A stretch of DNA of 63,994 nucleotides, filler included, from Catajapyx aquilonaris (GCA_000934665.2; 3 parts of 3 records of this genome joined end to end with filler, not necessarily neighbours in it), one strand, 5' to 3'. Positions 24,363 through 38,358 are shown, counted from the first letter of the whole stretch. Program-made: numbers and translations. The notes: generated by a model not told the origin, from the sequence alone.

Positions 24363-25692
24363 TTCGTAATTTTGCCATTTTACAGACATCACGTACAAAT
24401 TGGATATGAAAATAATATTGTATGCGTTATTGTAAAAGTAATGTAAAAACCGTTTTTTTTAGAATTAACAAATTTTGATTAAAATTGACTTTTGAAACTT
24501 TGATCTAAGTAACTAAGTAATAAATTTCCACTAAAAGAGAATCTGAAACATTTCAAAGCCACCTATCCCCTATCCCAGCAAGTTCGTCAAATAATTCCAG
24601 TTCACAGAAAATAACTTCCGGCTATATATGTAACAATCTTTTCGTTATATGTTGATCTCGATCCGTTCCAATATTTTCTTAGTAAGGAGTTCGTTAAAAC
24701 AGATACCCGATAGATGATATCCAGTTCTGATCATCAAAGACAAAATTGCAATTGAGTTTCACCTGGCTGCACACTTAGATACGTTCTTCTTTTTTACATC
24801 CCTTTCCAGGAAGACATGTATGAATGGGCTAGGGAGAGAAAAAAAAACATGTTGCAATTGGCATGGAAGTTGGTCGGTAGTAATTTGAGGTCTTTGGCAA
24901 GAGGTGAAGATTCTAGTGCCCTCCCAAACAAACTCCTTTTTAAGCGGCACCGACTTGTGGTCGCCTCTCAGCTGATATTTTGCCACACCAAGCGTCCCAT
25001 CCAACCACATACATCCAGATTGTAGAATGCTGCATTAGGTTAAGGAAGTCATCAGGCTATCCCTATCTACTCTACCTACTCTGATTTGCTGCATTTCAAT
25101 AATAACTGTGCGGTAACCATTAGCTATTAGAGGTATAGTAGTTCAGCGTAACATTCACCACATACATTATATATTGAACCGAAGTATTCTGGTGGGATGA
25201 GACAACCTGCCACTTAGGCAAATCCCCCAGATCCTTCTTAATCCACCCTCTCCCCACAGTTCCGCAAACTTACTTTCTCTCCAAAATTCAGGTGTGCCAA
25301 TCGATTCCACTCCCACCTCTTATTCGGGCTCATTAGCGGCAAAGACTTGGCCAAATGAGCTTTTTAATTGAACGTATGTTGTTCTGTCCAATAGCACCAG
25401 AAGCATTGGTTTGGAGACATCCGTTATTGTTTTCTCTTTTTAGACTGGAAGAAGAGAAAGGGAGAAATGGGCGTATAGGATAGACTGATTCTTTGCAGTT
25501 TGCAAATGGTTCATTTTAATCAAGACGATCGAATAGCTTCCATTAAGTATATGAATTTGTTATGAGGGCTTGACTAATGCTAGGGTTATGTTATCTGAAT
25601 CCGGAGAATACATTAAGGAAAATGTAACGCTTGAGGTACAGTCAATATTTAATTATGTTAATGAGCCGATAATAATGATTATATTACTGGTA

Positions 25693-25873
25693 CAGTTGAA
25701 TCCGGATATAACACCCTCGGCTATAACAGACTTTCGGTTATAACAGACTCAAAAGGCCGGTCCCGGCATACTTCCATATATGGCCTGTGTATTCGGCTAT
25801 AACAAACCTTGGTTATAACATATACGCAGATTTTCCCTTGTCCCTTGAAGCCTGTTATATCCGGATTCAACTG
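25693..25873. mobile_element. Tc1/mariner-pogo (Tigger-like) MITE
   Basis: TA-cagttgaatccggatataaca...tgttatatccggattcaactg-TA, with internal cggctataaca repeats. Confidence 0.85.
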
Positions 25874-26783
25874 TATTACTAAAATAGATGTCTTAGCAGA
25901 TATTGATACACTGCGATGAGTAATATTTAACCTATTCATTCACAAAAGGAGCTCTTATGACAATAGACCTATTAGGGTCATCCAAAATCGATGTATTGAC
26001 CTTTATTGGTATTTCCTGGTATCATTACTTCTGCATTTTACCAGATGTTTCTGATCAAAGTTATTTTTAGAAAACTATATTTTCCCAGTTAAGCGCTTTA
26101 CATTTGACGACCTGAAATGCAGAAGAGTTATATTTTTTGACCGATTTGGAGCTGTGAAGGTTGGACATTAAATTGAAGATGAAGTCCTGGAGGGGTAATT
26201 TTTCGCAAATTTTTCCAGGGAGCTGTGATATATCTATCAGATATCGGACTCAACAATTAGAAATCACTATTTGAGGGTTGTATACCTAACTTAATTGCGA
26301 CCAAAATGTGACTATAGGATCATTTTCTTTTTTATGTATTCATTTGTAAAGTGAAGATTCGACCACCTGATAACAGGCCTGAGCAGAATGTGTGAAGCAC
26401 GGACCTAATCCGTCATTTCTTGTTATCACCTACTTTAGTCGCTCATTATGTTGAATTCAGAATAAACAGAGAAATAGTTGATGAAATTAATCTAAATGGA
26501 CAGTTGCATGTCTAATCTAAGCAGGCGACTAAGCGGCGATTTCTCACTACAAGGTATTAATTATTTTATAAAAATTCTGGATTCTATCATAAGCATAGCA
26601 TTTCGTTTTTCTCATTAGTGCGAATTTACCTTTCTCCGGATCCGTAACGCATTTTTTTACTGAACAAACCACCCGGGCGTTACCAAAAGGGGAATGAAAA
26701 TTGCATGCTTTAAAAACCAAAGAGTTTCGTATTCTGATAGATGTTCCCCTTATGGCAATGCAAAACCTGTCCCTTTCATCATC

Positions 26784-26868
<85 letters not shown>

Positions 26869-26880
26869 TTATTATTATTT

Positions 26881-26964
<84 letters not shown>
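26784..26964. repeat. Compound microsatellite (GTT)n(ATT)n
   Basis: Read directly; explains the poly-C/V/L/I/Y ORFs in the track. Confidence 0.95.
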
Positions 26965-27585
26965 GCTATAAATTGCCTCTGGCGAAATTTTTCTGTTAAG
27001 CTGTAAATTATCGTAGTTCTGACTGCGAATAGAGCGTTGCCTAAGTCCACAGTTCAAAGAGAGAAATTATGGGTGAGTTTTTCGTCATCTTTCTAAGTAT
27101 CTTGCTAGCAACCTGCTTCTGCTAGTCAGGATTTTCCCGTAATCTTTCTCTTGTATTATCATGCTGGTTAGTACACTTGTTGACAGCGATATGGCTAACT
27201 AGCATGCAGGGGGAAAGAAAAACCGATACGATTCTTCTTTTATCCCAACTCGTTGGAATCAACAATCAGAGTCAAGCTCATTAGTATATAGGGGTCTTGA
27301 ACTCCCTGCTGGGATAAACCATGGAAAACTTCTGCTGTCCTTCCACTGGAAACTTAGGAAGTGATTAGAACCATTCTAGTAAGCCTACAGGAAAGAATGC
27401 GAATTGTCCTCCAAATTGTTCATTTAAAAAATTGACCAAGAACTTTGAGAAGACACCCTACTGATTTAGCATAAATCCGATCATTTAATTTGTTATTTTG
27501 TTTCGCCTCTTCACGCTATCTTCATTTCACAACTTCACTCTCTATCGTCATCATTAAAACTAAAATGACAAGGATCCAGCAAATA

Positions 27586-28091
27586 CAGGGTGTCCACAAT
27601 GAACCTCCCTAGTTTCATAGATCGATAAAAAATTGAAATGCAGAAGCATATAAGGTTTTGGTTGTTTAAACGGTCTGGAGACTCATCAACTTTCATCCTG
27701 AATTTTTGGAACTGCATATGTGATATGGTGGTGCTCCTGTGGGGGATACTGTCAGAAGATGCAAACATAGCATCTACAGGAGTGCTGGACATACTGAATA
27801 TTTCGCATTTCCACAACTCCAAGACAGAGTCTATGCAACTGAAGTGGACAGACCAAATAATGACGTGTTCTCCATCACCCATGACATGCTGGAGAGAACC
27901 TTGGTGGAGGGAGATTATCGGCTTAAAATTGTGCTTGATACTAAAGGAGCAATGGTGTGGAAGGCTACTTATTTTTTCCCCCATAAACTTGATGAGTGTC
28001 CCTTTTCATTTGTACAATTTCGACGCCATGGCCCAGTAACTTACATAGTAGTAGCAAGTTCAAACTAGGGAGGTTCATTTTGGACACCCTG
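27586..28091 (+). mobile_element. Internally deleted Tc1/mariner-superfamily element
   Basis: TA-cagggtgtccacaatgaacctccctagttt...aaactagggaggttcattttggacaccctg-TA, plus the residual transposase C-terminus ITHDMLERTLVEGDYRLKIVLDTKGAMV. Confidence 0.85.
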
Positions 28092-28746
28092 TATATTTAC
28101 TGTGCTTCCAAAAAGAAACTTTGTCATATGGCTTCAGAATATTTTAATGTGGTCCACTGCTGTAAAAATCGGCATTTGTACACAACAGTCACAACTACTG
28201 ACTTTAAAATTTTGTGAGTCGTAAAATCTGGGTAGGTTTCGCATGATTTACTACACACTTGGCGCCAGTATTCGCACATCTGTCCGGAAGTGATAATTGC
28301 ACGGATAAGAAGGATTAAGTGCAGATCCGATTGTGGCATACGCCACTTCACATTTTCTTTGTGTAAGTTACTACAGGTTTGTATAGGGATATGCCTACTT
28401 CCATTATCTCTGGTTTATTTCTTCAAGGAAACCATATGACGCTTTTAAACGTCACAGGTTTGGTTGCGATTTATGATGAAATCTGTACACACAATTTCCG
28501 GCTTGTTCAATGGAGAAGAAAAAACGCATTGAACATTGTTTCTTGACATAAACAACCGGCAGAACTCATGATGACGCTAATAATGTCTAAATATCGCCGA
28601 ACCATAAATGGCACAATGGTGACTAATATGCGTACATCACCTAGTTACAAAGTGAAATGTTGATATACGGTACTGGTACTACAGTATTTATAGGCTGCCT
28701 TGAACTGTGCATGAATACGTACCGTTATTTCAATAGCAGTCCTACC

Positions 28747-29038
28747 CGGGGTTCCCCCCTTCATCTCGTGCAGAGTTGGGCCATCTCTGGCTTCGTCTCG
28801 GGTGGAATCTCCGCTAGACTAATCCACCAGGGGGAGTTCACAAAATGACCAAGCAACGACATTGCACTTGCACTTTGCATATCCCCTCCTACTTACCCTT
28901 GGAACAATTTTTTGGAACCATATTGGAACCATATTGGAACATTTTTTGGAACCATATAATATTTATATTAATAAATATTATATCGTTCCAAAAATGGTAG
29001 TATTCCACCCCCCTAAGAGGGCATACGGGTACCAAAAA
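28747..29038 (+). mobile_element. 5'-truncated SINE copy with 12-bp TSD
   Basis: agcagtcctacc at 28735-28746 and 29039-29050, with a short A-tail. The body tgcagagttgggccatctctggcttcgtctcgggtggaat...cactttgcatatcccctcct is shared with the copy at about 46.9 kb. Confidence 0.7.
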
Positions 29039-29538
29039 AGCAGTCCTACCTGGATTTCAATCTACGTATCAACTAACAGTAAGACGAAGTACACACGAGG
29101 CACGAGTTTGCAAATGTAGCATATTAAGTAATTTTCATATTGGAAGAGATATCACATTCACCTTTACGAAATGTTGCAATCGCACCCTATATTTAGATAT
29201 ATCCTAGGCAAATATTCAGAAACGCATAAAAGTGTGGCGTCCAAAGTCAAAAGGCAGTATCTGGACTTTTGCGGGTTCCGAGAAAAAGGCACTTGAAGTT
29301 CAACAGGATTTTGTTCGCATACAGTAAGAGCTACCTAAATGAAAATAAGATGGCACATGTATGTTTTAGCGCCGAATTCAACGGAAGACATTTCAAAGGT
29401 GACATAACTCCTTCAGACAATTTTGTAAATACTGCTTTTTACACGTGCAGATACTGCCTTTTGCCTTGGGACGCCACAAGTATATTGCAGTGCTAAATAT
29501 GTATTTATAGAGGATTTAATTCGTGAATACTGCATTTA

Positions 29539-29544
29539 TTATTA

Positions 29545-29616
<72 letters not shown>
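29539..29616. repeat. (ATT)n microsatellite
   Basis: Read directly. Confidence 0.95.
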
Positions 29617-31880
29617 GTGGCTCCATAACACTGTGTCTGATATTTATTTTGACAGTACACAGTAGGCCTATTTATTCTGCTACAGATCGTGGACGCAACA
29701 GGCGGAAGTAAGACTCCAACTGATGTCTTTTTATCTGGACTGCCAAGAGGTATGTCAGGGTCTACAGCTCATTCCCTAAAAATAAAATTTTTGTAGTACA
29801 GCTAAGTACCTACGTAAAGGTCACATTCGGAAAAAGCCCTAGAAAAAGCTCGTCCTTTCTAAGTTCCAATCACTTATATCCTTAGACTCATGGAGGGTAA
29901 TGTATTTCGTTGGTAGTCATCCTGTCCTCTGTGCAACCCGCCGCGCCTGTGCCGTTGCGCAATGTACTAGTGTTGACATGACCTGACGTAAATTCCCGGC
30001 GCCTCTCTTCCATTACTCCCGAGCTATTTGGACCTCACTGGAGATATTTTCTGGTGGGCGGGAAAATTATTTCGGGAAAGGGTCTTAAGATGTGATGACG
30101 CTTCATGGTTTTTCTCCTTGAGGAATTCGATGCGCATCCTCGACTCTACCTTGTTTATCTATCAGGAAAGACACCTGGATTATGTCCTCACAGTTTTTTC
30201 TTCTTCTTCGCGTTAAAGGCATTTTTTGGCAGGATTTATCATGCCGAAGTCTACTCTCACGGTACAGTGTGACGTGCCACCAATCCCATTCCTTTCTTCT
30301 CAAGGGAACTCATCAACGATATTAAAGGTGGCGCATCGTATGTTACTTCTTTTAACCCGTGGTGATGGCATAAAAATATAGGGACGATCATTATTACCAA
30401 ATAATTATAAATGTTCAGCTACAGACATTATTTTACACTTTAGATTAATATTAATTTTGTCAAATCATGTTGAAAGTTTTACATCATGCATAGAATTTCC
30501 CGTGAAGCAAAGTTCCATTGCAAATACGATCGTGTAATATTTTACTTATCTATTATTATGATTATTATTAGAAAACCTCAGGTTCCCAACAAGTGACTCA
30601 AGTTTTTCCAAAGAGGTTAACTTATAATAATCACTTAACATCTCTTAATCTGATCAGTGTATAAGAGTAGCAAAGCGGTGATACTGGTATCATCATTTCT
30701 TTACTGGGATAAGATACATTCAACAATTTATTATCTAATTACCTGCATGACTGTGGAGGACGTGGTGTAATTGAGGTCCCAACATGACGATGCGTTATTA
30801 TTATCTACGGAAATTGAATAATCATTTCAACGTTTTTCCTATCCAGCAAACAAACAGGTTTCTTCTTGTCCTGCGTCAACTATTGCAATACCGGTATTCT
30901 GATTACCATTGATGTAATATTGCCAGGGTTAATATTATGGCCATGTAGGCAATAACAGCTATATTTATAATGGTTCAAAGTTACGTAATATACACTGTAA
31001 GTGGAATGTATTATATTGCTCACAGTTCTTCTGATTTAAAGCCGTCATATTCTGCACATCAGCTGTCATTCAGGTGTCATTTGAGACAGTATGAAAAAGA
31101 ACTGCCTGCTTATTCTCATTGAACGATACTTGCTGTGTTTTTTTTGTTTTTGCAACTGATGTAACCTAATGCGTAGTCATGCAATTATAGAACGGGAAAT
31201 AAGTGGGAGGATAGGATTGTAACGTAATTCTGGGAACAGTGACGTAATAATCGATGACGTCAAATATATATTCTTTGGATCACACGCAGGCTATACTGTT
31301 CGGTATAACTATTCGTTGCATTCTAAGTCATATATGAGAACACTAATTATTGCCTTATACAGATTCGATGGCAGTGTTAATCGCCCGTTTATTAGATTTC
31401 CTTTAAAAACATATTTATCATGTGGTACATGATTCATCTCATATTCTAATATTATTAGATTCGTTGTTATATTTTAATACGCTTTCATAATTCCACTTTT
31501 CTTCATGCTGAATTCCGGCGTGACCCTAATAACCCGTCAAAAGCGAGGAAAATCAGTGTCACTGCCGCGAAAACAGGAAGCGCAACGTCCCTGATAATAA
31601 TAAACTTGAACTCATTCAGAGTACATCTTATGTATTAGATACACTCTAATCAGCCGTGAATCATGACTGTCGAGCAAGTCACAACAGGTAACACCAAAGA
31701 ACGATGAAACATTTATAGATAACGTCCAAGGAATGAATGGAATGTGTCTTGCATCACGGAGCCCATACGCAGGCCATAGTGTGATAGACAGCTCTCTATC
31801 TATGAGCTTCAGCGCGATTCTGAGCCCCCGTTAGGTGAAATTGGGCGGGATCGGGGCAGGCCACGCCCCATACCGAACAG

Positions 31881-31915
31881 CCTATTTAATCGGGAGCCCC
31901 TGCTCAGGTACTTAC
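31881..31915 (+). promoter_or_regulatory. Candidate core promoter of the neuropeptide gene
   Basis: TATA-like cctatttaat at 31881-31890, preceded by GC-box-like gggcggga/ccacgcccc, about 95 bp upstream of the ATG. Confidence 0.4.
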
Positions 31916-31978
31916 TAGTCTTTTTGCTTTACGCAGTCGAAGAGGTCCCTTCTCCCTCCAGAAGTTGTCAGTTCAATC

Positions 31979-34773
31979 ATGAGGAGAAACCTGTTTGTGG
32001 TGCTGCTTCTCCTGGCCACTCTTCTGACTTTGGTACATGCCCAGCCTCTCAGGTATAGATATTAATTATTTACAAATATATTATTTTTGTTCAAATTTTA
32101 TTAATTCCTTTTTAGTTACGAATTTATGTTAATGCTTATTATATGGATATTTGTACATTTAGCCTCATTGACTAATCCTAATGACTAATTGCAGCCGAGC
32201 CAAACGGGTGTCCGACCAGAGACTGGCCGAACTGGAAACCCTGATAGCATTGGCCAAAATGAAAGGAAAGCTCGTGACTGTGCCCGTCGGATTCGGACTC
32301 ATCGACCCTGCAAAGCTGTAAGTACTTCTCTTTATATTTACGCCACTCTCTCTCTCCCCCTCCTCGCTCCACTCTTAATTTAAGTACCACATCTTGAGAG
32401 CAAATGAAAATGGTTCTTACGAGTCGTTAAGTTTAAGGGATAAATAATGGAGGTGATGAGAGCTGCAGACATGGACACGACATCCTTTGGACTCAGTCGA
32501 AGTCAGGAATTGGGTTACTAATAAACTTAGGGACGATAGACGTCACTGTCGAACTTCGGTCGCCTTGGTAATTAGACACTGGTCTCAAAGAGATCGAGCA
32601 GGGCGGGGGGGGGGGGGGGGGGGAANGGACAAATTGGACCAAAATTCTACTCTTTGACCTTCTAATTCAAATGCTGGTACAGTGCTTTTAAAACTGTATA
32701 ACTCCGGAAAGCAATTGGTTTAAAAGGAAATGGGAAGACTCCCAATAAACTTGAAATTGCCGCGTCCGGCTGGTGCTCTTTCCTGCAACTTTTTAATACG
32801 TAATACGTAAATTGCGTGCGTTACTTACAGTAATGCGATATTTTTCTACTGTAACGGTGCTCTGGTGAGTCCTGTTATGTAACTCCTCTGAAAATAATGT
32901 TCGTTGTTTTGCACAAAACATCACTTCCATTGATTCGTTATTGAAACCATCATTCTTTGAGGAAAACCCTGCAGTGAATGTGCGCGTCAGAGACGTCGAA
33001 AAAGAGCAAGTTGTATCACTGAAGCACTACTATATGCGTCTCTGCTAGTATACAGGCTTCATTTCGTTAGCTGTTTTTCTCACACAAACATGCCGATGAG
33101 CTCGCTTTATGATGTAAGACGTACTTCGGGAAAATTTGAACAGTACGTATAGTCGACGTGTCAAGCATGTCAGTTCCCTATCAGTTCTTGTTTACTGTCT
33201 ACCACATCGTGGGATATTTTTTGGCTATTCCAATAGCAAATAATAATGGCAATTGAATACATTGTCAGGTGCCTCCAATAACCTCTGAAATTCTCCGTGT
33301 AGTTATGACCTATAAAGCGATTTCAAAACATTCAAAAACTCCAAATTTTATTGCATCATTTCTGAAGATATGATTTTAGAATGTTTGCTACTATTACAGT
33401 AATAGCTACAATGCAATGAACTTACGTAACATTTATTATAGTATATCACTATTAAGTACTTGGGTGTAGACTTATTTTGACCGATCGTACCGAATTTGAA
33501 AAAAAAAGCGACAGAAAGTTTTGATCGTATATACGTAGGTTCGATTGACTCCACCTACGTGGCAGAAAAAAAAACTTTCTAAAGCTGTAACTATGCAACT
33601 TCTTGAACTTTCTTACGTGACGTTACACCGGCATTGGGAGAAAGCCAGAGATATCACTTTTCCTCCCCGAAGAGCCTGAAATCCCAGATGACCCGCAATG
33701 ATCATTATGACCCCTGTCTCGTGCAACTATGAACTTCAAAAAATTAAAGTGCTCTTCAGCACGTAACACATCACCTCTTTATGAAGCAGCTCGCGCATTT
33801 TTGTGCCTATATTCTTACTCATCAACGTCCTATCTAATATGGTCCAAGTCATAATTTTGTATTTTTAAGTGGTTCCTCAATTTTTGGAACCCTATACCAT
33901 TATCAATTTCATCAATTTTCAGCCTTTTCTAGTGCTTCCCAAAAAATTTGCCGTTCTAGCTAACCAGGACTTATGAAATCGTTGAGAATTTATTGCTAAT
34001 GGTTACATTTTACATAGATACGCATAACAAATTTAAGTTTTAAATTTGTACATTAGATGTTAGTTACGGTAAGTAGCCAACATTTATTGTAGTGCGCAAA
34101 TCGTACATTCGTAATTTTATACAGTCATGCGTCTTGTTTCCCTCAAGGGGTAGTGAGCGATGACGAATGAGGCCAAATTAACCAATTATGAGCTTTAAAA
34201 ATGATACACGTTTCTTACCATAAATGTGTAGTAAATCATTAAGACAAATCTCTATAGGTATAGGAGAACGCAGAGTAATGTGAGCAATTCAGAAATAATA
34301 ATAATATTAGTAGTGTACTATCCCGGTGAGAGTACTCATAACAGTCATAAGTAATTCCTCAAAATTGCTGACGCACTCTTTATAATGTTAATCAGGAAAG
34401 CTGTTGTAATTGTGGATACGGAAAGTTAAGCGACAACGTTATTAACGTTAATCCTTTTAATGCACTGTAGACTACTGGTCTTACGACACGTTACGGTGAG
34501 GTTTACCATGACAGTTCCTTTTCTTGCATGATTTAATGTGCACATTTGTGGTTGTTTCTCAGGGGCCGCCGTCGGCGATCATTAGACGACGTCGATGACG
34601 CACTGATGGAGCAGTTGGCCCACGACCTGGGCCTGGAAACCATGGACAAATACCCGCTACCGGACGAAGAATATAACCAGGATGACGAAGATGAATACGA
34701 TGATAAGAAGAGATCACGAGATTCCTCGTCAGTCCACAGGCTACATACCCTTTCCATTCATCGCCCGCTATAA
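31979..34773 (+). CDS. iPTH: Insect parathyroid hormone (iPTH / PXXXamide) neuropeptide precursor; exons 31979-32052, 32195-32317, 34563-34773
   Basis: The spliced product is MRRNLFVVLLLLATLLTLVHA (signal) QPLSRAKR VSDQRLAELETLIALAKMKGKLVTVPVGFGLIDPAKL GRRRR SLDDVDD...HRPL*. Both introns are GT-AG and phase 2, in frame. AATAAA follows at about 34806. The SDQRLAELET...PVGFG..DP.K.G-basic pattern is the iPTH family signature. Confidence 0.9.
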
Positions 34774-36074
34774 AAAGGTTAGCATCGTATTTTAATTAGC
34801 AGCTTAATAAAGAGTCCCCGGAGTAATGTTGTGTCTCGCTGATTATATTTCCAAGCCGGCTTACATTGATATAATGTATAAGTTAGTACTTAAACCTGCG
34901 ACAAGGGAGGCATTCAGGGTGCCCTTTTTAAACGTACCGTATACCGGTATGTGTTTACTAGTCAATAGTACATGGTACTATTTTAGTCATTGCTCTTTCG
35001 AAGGTATCATAAAGCCAAGTTAACACTGTAACTGGTATGGCTAAATGTCACGTAACTGACCGCTATCGCCATTAGTGTAATGAAGCACGCGGTGTGCTAA
35101 CTTGATTTCATTAATCGGTGGCGTAATTCGGCTGATAGTAATTGTAAACTGTTGCAATTTCTTATGTCACATCGTGAAATCGAATTACATAAGCAAACGC
35201 AATGTGATTGTTCCCAATTAATTGCGGGCGCCATTAATCGCTAATGCGTGATTGTTTTACTAACTTCAATTGCTGTTATAAGCCACCAAAGATTAAGCTG
35301 TACTATACAAAATACGCAATAGCTTTTTTTAATGAACCTTCGAGTAAAGCTTTGTCACAGGACAAGGAGAGGATGAGGCCCAAACAGAACCTATAGGTCA
35401 TAAGTTCGTGGTAAATCAAGCGCAGCGGACTTAATAATCATGTAATGGCGATTTGCCCCATTTAATGCCCAACAAAACACATTACACACATCTCTGACTA
35501 CGCATCTGCTTCTCAACACACTATGGCAAATGCTGCGAATCACCCTTACTTTCCCCGGTTGCATCCAAAACATCAATTAAATAATACCTCGTCACAATCA
35601 ATGAATCAATCCATACATTACTCATTTAACCTTGCAACGATGGACTCCAAAAATAAAGAACCTTGATGATGCAAATAATGGGGGAGGATAGGTCACACAA
35701 ATTCACTGAACATCACACTTTAAAGTGCGTTCCAACATTTCCCCAAAATAAAGAATACCCAGTGATGATGTAACAATGGGAAGAATAGGACATGCAACTC
35801 ACTGAACCTCACACTTGACGTGCGTTCAACCTTCCCCCAAATCCCTCAACAATGAACCCTGAATCCTGGTTCAACAATACCATCAGCAAGGGGACTCCCA
35901 AACCCAATATAACACTGAATACTTAAATGCCATGCCAGTATCAGCAGCTCCTCTGGACGCCCTCACATCGTGAAGCTCAAAAAGGGAGTGAGTCCATGAA
36001 ACAAAAAGGGGCTGTTCAAGCAAGGTCAGATAACTCGGTCTGCCAGGATTGAAGGCAATGGCCCAATTGCCCCC

Positions 36075-36139
36075 AACTCAGAACTCAGCTTGTCACAGTT
36101 GAATGTGACATTCAACTGTGACAAGCTGAGTTCTGAGTT
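36075..36139. repeat. Perfect 32-bp-arm palindrome with 1-nt loop
   Basis: aactcagaactcagcttgtcacagttgaatgt-g-acattcaactgtgacaagctgagttctgagtt. Confidence 0.9.
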
Positions 36140-38358
36140 CTGATAATTTGCAATTAAATTATCGTAAATTACCATTGAAAAATAATTGCTCGGAATATCA
36201 TACTTCCATAATCCAACTGTAGTCTACAATCTTTCTACATTATTTTAACTGTAGAGCATGTATTTTTCCTTAAAGATAACTTAACCTCTCCTAGGCAAGG
36301 CTCGATGAGGATCAATTAAGTCCCTGGGTGCATTTCCCCTAATTACTCCACAGACTTTTAATTTCAACTAGATCCCACACTCGGCACAAACCTCTAGGGC
36401 TTTAAGGCCTTCCATGCTACCCATTATCTTAGGTGTCATATAATGAAATTAATTAGGGGTCTGCATTGAGAGTCTCCCACTGGCAATAATGAACTCCTTG
36501 TTATAGTAAAAAATGTTTCTTCCCTCTGCAGCTTCAAGATGGTGGGTGATGACTTTTTTGGAGGCAAGAAATCTCAGCGCTAAATTCTTTAATTTCTTTT
36601 ATATAAAGATGCCCTCGACTTCTTTCGGCTCCATCGCCTGCAAAATCAAACAGTGCACGTGTAGTAGTCCCTACCATTGTTGTCCTTTTAATTAGTTGTG
36701 ATTCGAAAGCTTCAAGAAGAGCTGTCCGTCCACATGTTTTCATCCTTTCTTGTTCAATCAACTGCAACAGGGAAATGGAAATAACATTCCAATAATATTA
36801 CATTATTCGTATTGTGAATACTCGTACATCAGTGAAGGCGGCTTATGAGGATCAAGAAGAATAAAAACTCGTGTTCTCCACGTCATCGTTGCTTCAAAGG
36901 TGCACTGTGGCATTAAATACAGGGTGGTTACAATTATCCTCAATCTGGGGATCGGCCGTCAACTGATCTAGTTGTACAGTTGGCCAATGACCACCCTGTG
37001 TAACCTATACAAATATATAAAAGCTCAGAAAATGCACTAAAATAATACAAGTAATTTCTTCCAACTGAATGATTTTAGTTGCACTTTTATTTGCACTTCC
37101 GGCTGGATATATAATATATGATTAATAACAATAACATATTTTGTGATAATTATCATCACATATTCTACATATAATGATTTAGTTCAAATGTGTGCTCAAT
37201 TTTGTACAGGCTTGCATTTTTGCGTATGTAGTACAAAATTTCAGTCAGTTGGAGGACATTTTTTTTGTTATTAAATTGAGCAACTTCAGCAGGCTGGTTC
37301 AAATATGATAATCTATAGTAGATACAGTTTTCTCTCTTGAAATACTATTTACGATATTGATATTGTCATGCTTTAATTTATTACGGGTGTGTTTCCATTA
37401 TTTATTTTATAATTTATTGTAAAATTTTTGGTGCCATGAGAATAAAACACGGCTTGGCTATGTGTGAAAGTGATGTTTTTTCCGGAGAAGTCCCTCATCA
37501 CCTCACCACCCTGAACTAGAAGTATTTGATTCATGAGGTACAAGAGTTTTCAACAAGTTAACAATTTCACAGTTCGCTAGAAATAATATATTCTCCTTGA
37601 AGTCTAATTAGCCGACCTAGCGAAACTACATTGCTTCCTATAATGAAGGTCCGGTGCAAGAGCTTTTGCCAATCTAATACCCTCTCCGTACTGTACCACT
37701 TGCATCTCCTCCCCATCCATCCCTCTCCGCCCCTTCTCTCAATATATTCTCCTTCGCAAAAGACCGGGCTCTGGCTAAATTAATCTCCATTACAGTGCGG
37801 ACACTCCAAATGTTGTGGTTTTACGGCATACGCGAGACCATGCAGGTCTGGAGAACAAAACGCCACCGAGTGGACTACGTACAGCACAGGTGTCTGGTCT
37901 TTGACTTGAATCATGAGTCCTGGAGGTCCTTGAAGAGCTTACAACCTTCTTCTACGTGTATACCACGGCTCTTATTAGTTTCATAATATACCGGTGCGAG
38001 TGCTCAAATGATGAAATGCCACAAAAGAGGAAGCTGCTGCTGCATCAGATATTGAATTATGGTAATTATTTTTCAAAGCGGTCCGAATTTTCTGAAAATT
38101 AGGCACCTGTGACTTGACCTTTGAACCTGTTATATGCTGTCATGGCCGATTTTGTCCCTATGGTATTCCGACAATAACATTTCTGTCTCGTGTTGGCAGT
38201 CATGGTGCAAATGAATGCGATTAAAATAATTGGAGCGCTTTTAAAACGATGTTGCATGTCAGTTGTTCTTAAACAGGCCATATACTAACATTTCGACATT
38301 GTTATAGCCTACCATTTTAGCTGTCGTCATCTTTATACGCGTATTACACCGTATTACA

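Noticed and set aside
26694..27057. ORFs with poly-Cys/Ile/Leu/Tyr tracts (also 29523-29711 and 48438-48620)
   Set aside because: Translations of (GTT)n/(ATT)n microsatellites.
29985..30080. E2F/CRE-like motif cluster (tgacgtaaattcccggcg, ggcgggaaaa)
   Set aside because: No adjacent gene identified; short motifs could occur by chance.
32189..32383. 64-aa ORF listed in the track
   Set aside because: Wrong frame of iPTH exon 2.
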